From a virus, in IMG/VR virus record IMGVR_UViG_3300003690_003399, positions 1-64,000 of that record: 64,000 nt of DNA, one strand, 5' to 3'. A model generated the notes under the pieces. It had not been told where the DNA came from and did no database searches. It was given only the letters and a program-made list of their open reading frames with translations. Every line of letters starts with the position of its first letter. The stretch's first letter is position 1. A program made the translations under genes and the position numbers. Shown here in pieces: positions 60,301-64,000 of the stretch.

Positions 60301-63300
60301 TATTCAGCAAAGAAACAATTACCAGAGTTTATTAATAGTTCAAACATGGTTAATGTCATGACCGATGATGACATATTCTTTAATAAAGTTGATCTACTGA
60401 GACCTACAAACTATTATCTTCACATTGAAAAAAGCATGTATCAAACAATCTCTGAAGAAATGATAAGAATGTTTTCCTCAATTAAAGATTTTAATAATTT
60501 AATTGGGGAGCCAGTAAACAAATATCGTAGCAAATACAAACACATGGAAAAACTTCGTCAACTTTTCTTTGAGAGAGTAGGGAATACACCGGACCTAGAT
60601 AAGTATATCGATTTTTATAAATGGGTTGACATCACATTAGATGTCCTCTTGGGGTACCTTGTACCAGCTTCAGCAGATATTGGTGATCAGTATGGCAGCA
60701 ATATTCGTACATTAGTAGAAAATCATGTGCTTGCGCGCAATAAATATAAGTGGCAGTTCCCAACGATAGAAGACAAAACTCCAGACATAGAAGGTCATAT
60801 TCTTAGTATTAACGAGCTTTTATATGGCTGGGAGTTCGGTCACAACCCGACAAGTAGTCTTCAGGCCGATAATTGTCTTTGGTGGAAAGAACGCGCAGAA
60901 AGAACCGACGCGCTAGCAAGTGGCGACTCAAATGTTAATAACGATAAACAAGCAATACTTAACTCTATTAACAACGAGACGAATGCTAAGAACTACATGC
61001 TATATGATAGTGCAACTAGCACAACTTATTCTGGTTCTACGTTTGCAATCCGCCGATTAGCTAAACCATACAAATTTAAAGTCGACGAATCTCGTACAAC
61101 TAAGGGTGGTACAAATTATTATCCAAATAAAAAAGTGGACATCATTCGAACGGAAACCAATTTAGAAACTTCTACAAATTTTCTTGCAGCTCCCGCAGCC
61201 AATGTAGAATCATTTAAAGATTGTAATGATGGACTTGATCTGATCACAAAACGTAAATATTCGTTTAATGCTCTTTTAAGAAGTGAATTAACAACAGCGA
61301 CCGAGAAAAACTATTTCAACGCAAAGGGCGCCCTGTTTGCCCCATTCAGTATGTATAGTGCCTCCATTTCAGGGGGTTATTATGATACAGTTTCCAATAA
61401 TTTTAAAACTTCTTTAGATATTACTAACTTACATGAAGATACCTATGGAACTTTATACGGTGTACCAGTACAGGGTCCGTTTACTGACAAGTATGTTGGA
61501 GGTCTTCAATCTCGTCATGTCGCCTTGACCGTTAATCCGGCACTGACAAGCTCCGCTAACCGCCCTGAAGGATGGTCTTTATCGTTTAGTAGCAATATCT
61601 TAACAATGTCAGGCCCAGCTGTGGGGGTCGAAGGCAGTCGTCCGAAAGCAACGCGGCTTAGAGACGAAACTGCTAAGCGCCCCATTAATGTGAGAAACAT
61701 TCAACAAACAACAGGCTCTACAATAATTGGTAACTATACCAAAGATTATGATTTGTTGATGATCGGTGGTCGCTCAATTAATAATCGCTTTTTTGTCAAA
61801 AACGAAGGCGTTTCCGCAAGCTCGATAAATTCTCAAGCTGTAAGTGGTGTTTTAGATTATGATTTACCAGGTGCTGCACAGTCACAAAGAGATCGACAAG
61901 AAGTTGTTATAAATGGTTTGACTTCATCTGCACGCAATGATTATATTATTGTCAACAGATTCTCTGCACCTGGAGACCCTTCAACGATGGGGTTTGCTTA
62001 TTTAGATATCGAGGCGCAGGAATACTCAATTTATAATTCCTTACCATGGCGCAACTTAATTGTTCGCGACAGCCTCCAAGAATTATATACAGATCATGCA
62101 AAACAATTTGGGTATTTTAGTGATGCACAAAATTCAGCAAGCTATGTGTTGGCTGGCATGCCCTATCCTGGAACGAGCGGATCTGTAAACGCTCTAGATT
62201 ATGCTGGAAGCGCGTCGTTTCACAAGGTTAATAGAAACCCGAGAAGAATTATTAAAAGCACAGGAGTAGAGTACGCCAGTTCATATGCTAGTGGAGTCAT
62301 TTATGATAATTGGCACGTACAACATCAGATCCCACAATCTGATTTACAGTATGCGTGGATTACAGCTAGTGTAATTGAAGGATATACCGGCTCAGCATAT
62401 TATGGCTTTGAGCAACCAAATTTCAGCAATGCAAGTCTAGCTTCTACCGATATTACATTTTGTAGTGCTAGTGACTTTGGCTCTTATTGGAAATCAGCAT
62501 GGGGATTACGACTTTTTGGTGGTACATATGCTGAATTCGGATCGGATCAATTTGTTCCGACTGATTTTGCTGGCATAAATTCTAATGTTTATGAGCCTAT
62601 AACGTCGTCTTTGAACATTTTGGGATATCCATCAGGAGTAGGATCTTATGCCAACTGCTGTGTCACCCCTGGCACCTTTCTTGGCTCATCCTACTATCCC
62701 CAACTTCTTAACGCTTTGATTCTCCACCGCCAAGGCCCATACGGGTGGCCTTCTTGGAAACAAATTAGAGGTGAAAGTCACCCTGTAATTAGAAATCATC
62801 GGAAAACTAATCGACAATCATTTTTGAAGCTAGAAAAAATTTCTAATGATACAGACGGTCAACCCCGAGATAAGAAAGTTTTAATTTCTCAAATAGAGCC
62901 GCCAGTAAGTTCAAAATATAAGCCGTTAATTCATAGTCTTTTCTTTAAACAAAACATCGATCCAAACAAGAATAATTGGTGGAAAAATTCTGAAGAAATT
63001 ATTATTGACCACACATATGCAAATGAAAAATGTTATTTTCCCCAAGTCGTTTCGGGCACAAAGGCGCTTATTGATGGAAATATAGACTTAAATAAGATAG
63101 ATTCTATTTCCACTTTGGCTGGGAGTATTTCTCAAGATGATAAAACTTTAATTTATGATTCTCTAAATAAGTTTATTTTTGGAGACACAATGCAACCTGC
63201 GAACCCAATTAGCCAATTTAACTATCTTAAAATTAAAGAGGTTATTTATCCTCGTGAACACTATACGTATCTAAGTGGTACCCGAGAGCGCACGAACTTT

Positions 63301-63999
63301 GCAAATAATTTCTGGCGCGATACACGGAATGCGAGAGACACCGAAGGATCTCCAGATGGAGGTCCATGGGCCAACTCACAAGGCTACATTGTTACCCAAA
63401 GTATGTGGCCACTAGACTGCCGCTCTGACACAAGTGTTCCCCCCATACCCAACTACTCTAATTTTACAGCATCTGCAGGTATGGAAGGGGAGCTACAAAA
63501 TGGATATAGTTTGTTCTTCTCCTCCTCGAACACGGGCCCATTCGCGGCCGCCACCTATCTGCGCCGTGTACCCGATAGTGCGTCAGAGGGAATACTGTAT
63601 GCTGGTGATACCTTGTGGGAAGCAAACACACAAGCAGGAGTAAACCCATTTTATAATAATTATGCAGAATATATTGAAGAGGCAAAGAGGATTGGGAAAG
63701 ATTATGGGATCCTACCAGAATTTAGAATTAGCGAACATATGGATTATTATATTAATAGTAATCCGGACGGCAATCCAAACTTTTTAGTAACCCCACAGCC
63801 ACCAGGCTTATTCACATTGACTGGTTCGGTTCTTTCTAGTAGTGCCGACGAAGGATTTTATACTGTGTATTCATACAGTGATTTTATGAAGTTTTTTGAG
63901 CTAGTTAAAAATGATTATATTAGTACGCCAATACCGCAAAAGGAAGCAGACGAGGACGCCGCCATAAGCACCATGGTCTCATATCCATCTGAATTAACT
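57325..63999 (+). CDS. Giant (>2200 aa) baseplate/virion protein with LamG-like domain; runs off the window and is missing from the ORF track
   Basis: ATGA-coupled start MSTDYSKIFGQ; frame open in the stretches read and at the window end; TVEFWLK..WHHYAF..FFVDG..MDEFRFW (LamG); YKTKGT..S.R.L (wedge-like). Confidence 0.85.
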   Translation, partial: MSTDYSKIFGQKDIILTNTDRDTLAASAESVNYMTEYFNKKQRFVPPVNFSNPKYFARFGSAEKYYIDAIDRIYKTYPYDGSLKERVQWELSSSYLDLHVFENGYPRTNGYVLFSAEGWGTQVATSDGYGAPATSSYEYILSKGGPNTSYRSQGKNIRDQTGDYKDGYANVWDVDKNRESNLKIGGIDGNTVEFWLKKGEFLGSSLTNQEVLFDLHTSEFISSSLNYGRLTVELTASTSGSPFRVTYMSGTAGFSYETIGSGIDTSSVADDSWHHYAFTLKNTESAVEVNFFVDGACNHTIITGSSISYVSGNINATLGALATAPSGTFTPTLGWGGLSGSMDEFRFWKSERTSQQIGLQYIEPVGGGTNTDDANTTLGVYYKFNEGITLTASIDKTILDYSGRISNGNFVGYNSSARNINSAMVQSGKVDREFKDPILYNFHPEVVSYYGTKKEEGRQYDYSNNSSIYFTLPAWILEEDEIKEYSPLRNFTQVIGSYFDSLASQIEAISKLKHKNYLSSSYKSYPFSDRLLESVGFTYFPELFSDATALEQFRNRDDKKLFQQKLYDTKNRIYQNIYNNIVYIYKTKGTEKSFRNLIRCFGFDDEIYKINLYGNRVTYQLKDNYSSVAESKNYVNFALTGTQKATVHSFSSSGNPNSTSFISNVTPKMNYFGFTMETEVAFPRRYSVADSNITVQSNKGTSKTFRAYVPFKTASLFGMHQVNGTTENDLTWATTDSANFQVYAIRDEDHSKRCRFKLTGVGATVIPTLTSSYFDEVFDDTRWIFSVSVKPKMYPQADLPYLTSVAVSTGPERGYTVEFYGVEKILDTIKNEFLLTGSITYSDGLALLNNAKSIYIGAHRTNFSGSLQEKSDGHISSTRVWLMPLTTGTIQQHAQDAKNYGVPSPYRSGYLYQTSMTGTRVPEIHTLVLNWVFDTLTGSDSSGEFVGQDFSSGSTSLQNRYNWIGNIVGKQYLPKGINFPPSFSKTLNKKYVYSAKKQLPEFINSSNMVNVMTDDDIFFNKVDLLRPTNYYLHIEKSMYQTISEEMIRMFSSIKDFNNLIGEPVNKYRSKYKHMEKLRQLFFERVGNTPDLDKYIDFYKWVDITLDVLLGYLVPASADIGDQYGSNIRTLVENHVLARNKYKWQFPTIEDKTPDIEGHILSINELLYGWEFGHNPTSSLQADNCLWWKERAERTDALASGDSNVNNDKQAILNSINNETNAKNYMLYDSATSTTYSGSTFAIRRLAKPYKFKVDESRTTKGGTNYYPNKKVDIIRTETNLETSTNFLAAPAANVESFKDCNDGLDLITKRKYSFNALLRSELTTATEKNYFNAKGALFAPFSMYSASISGGYYDTVSNNFKTSLDITNLHEDTYGTLYGVPVQGPFTDKYVGGLQSRHVALTVNPALTSSANRPEGWSLSFSSNILTMSGPAVGVEGSRPKATRLRDETAKRPINVRNIQQTTGSTIIGNYTKDYDLLMIGGRSINNRFFVKNEGVSASSINSQAVSGVLDYDLPGAAQSQRDRQEVVINGLTSSARNDYIIVNRFSAPGDPSTMGFAYLDIEAQEYSIYNSLPWRNLIVRDSLQELYTDHAKQFGYFSDAQNSASYVLAGMPYPGTSGSVNALDYAGSASFHKVNRNPRRIIKSTGVEYASSYASGVIYDNWHVQHQIPQSDLQYAWITASVIEGYTGSAYYGFEQPNFSNASLASTDITFCSASDFGSYWKSAWGLRLFGGTYAEFGSDQFVPTDFAGINSNVYEPITSSLNILGYPSGVGSYANCCVTPGTFLGSSYYPQLLNALILHRQGPYGWPSWKQIRGESHPVIRNHRKTNRQSFLKLEKISNDTDGQPRDKKVLISQIEPPVSSKYKPLIHSLFFKQNIDPNKNNWWKNSEEIIIDHTYANEKCYFPQVVSGTKALIDGNIDLNKIDSISTLAGSISQDDKTLIYDSLNKFIFGDTMQPANPISQFNYLKIKEVIYPREHYTYLSGTRERTNFANNFWRDTRNARDTEGSPDGGPWANSQGYIVTQSMWPLDCRSDTSVPPIPNYSNFTASAGMEGELQNGYSLFFSSSNTGPFAAATYLRRVPDSASEGILYAGDTLWEANTQAGVNPFYNNYAEYIEEAKRIGKDYGILPEFRISEHMDYYINSNPDGNPNFLVTPQPPGLFTLTGSVLSSSADEGFYTVYSYSDFMKFFELVKNDYISTPIPQKEADEDAAISTMVSYPSELT

Positions 64000-64000
64000 C

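Noticed and set aside
1-64000. Archaeal or eukaryotic giant virus origin (class II GAPDH, TMEM65, GT47)
   Set aside because: tmRNA, sigma70 promoters, SD sites, sigma factor and gp25/gp6 indicate a bacteriophage
1-64000. Stop-codon reassignment, inteins, introns, IS elements, tRNA or rRNA genes
   Set aside because: Standard code gives near-complete coding density with all three stops used; no such signatures recognised by eye
57329-64000. Apparent 6.7-kb non-coding region in the ORF track
   Set aside because: It is one long ORF from 57325 that lacks a stop inside the window

Overview
A gene-dense, almost entirely plus-strand 64-kb segment of a large T4-like (myovirus-type) bacteriophage genome read in the standard code. 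The host is probably a Gram-negative bacterium (tmRNA, sigma70 promoters, SD sites, Kdo enzymes, murein endopeptidases). Four blocks are visible. (1) ~1.2-14.7 kb: unrelated cargo domains (TMEM65-like, HhH glycosylase-like, zincin, serine beta-lactamase-fold plus MepA, ligase-fold plus HIGH nucleotidyltransferase) that share short N-terminal peptides (KLLFENWR, KLTKSKLKQLIKEEL) and L-x-E sites, suggesting capsid-packaged, protease-processed proteins. (2) ~14.7-22 kb: host-takeover genes, including a Fis-like HTH, a complete tmRNA (tag ANDNVEFDYALAA), an archaeal-type GAPDH homolog, a trypsin-like lipoprotein, PIN-PhoH and a Cas4/RecB-like nuclease. (3) ~22-38.4 kb: a 19-ORF glycan island (GT4, GT2, GT47, GT29-like, GT-A, KdsA, KdsB, HAD phosphatase, several methyltransferases, radical SAM, aminotransferase, 2OG oxygenase, UDP-sugar dehydrogenase). 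(4) ~39-64 kb: a gp55-like late sigma factor followed by baseplate genes (gp5-like hub with MepA, spike, gp25, gp6, a >2200-aa LamG protein running off the window). A candidate late promoter AACTA(T/A)TTA and two near-consensus sigma70 promoters are visible. All family calls come from motif recognition by eye; no database searches were run.
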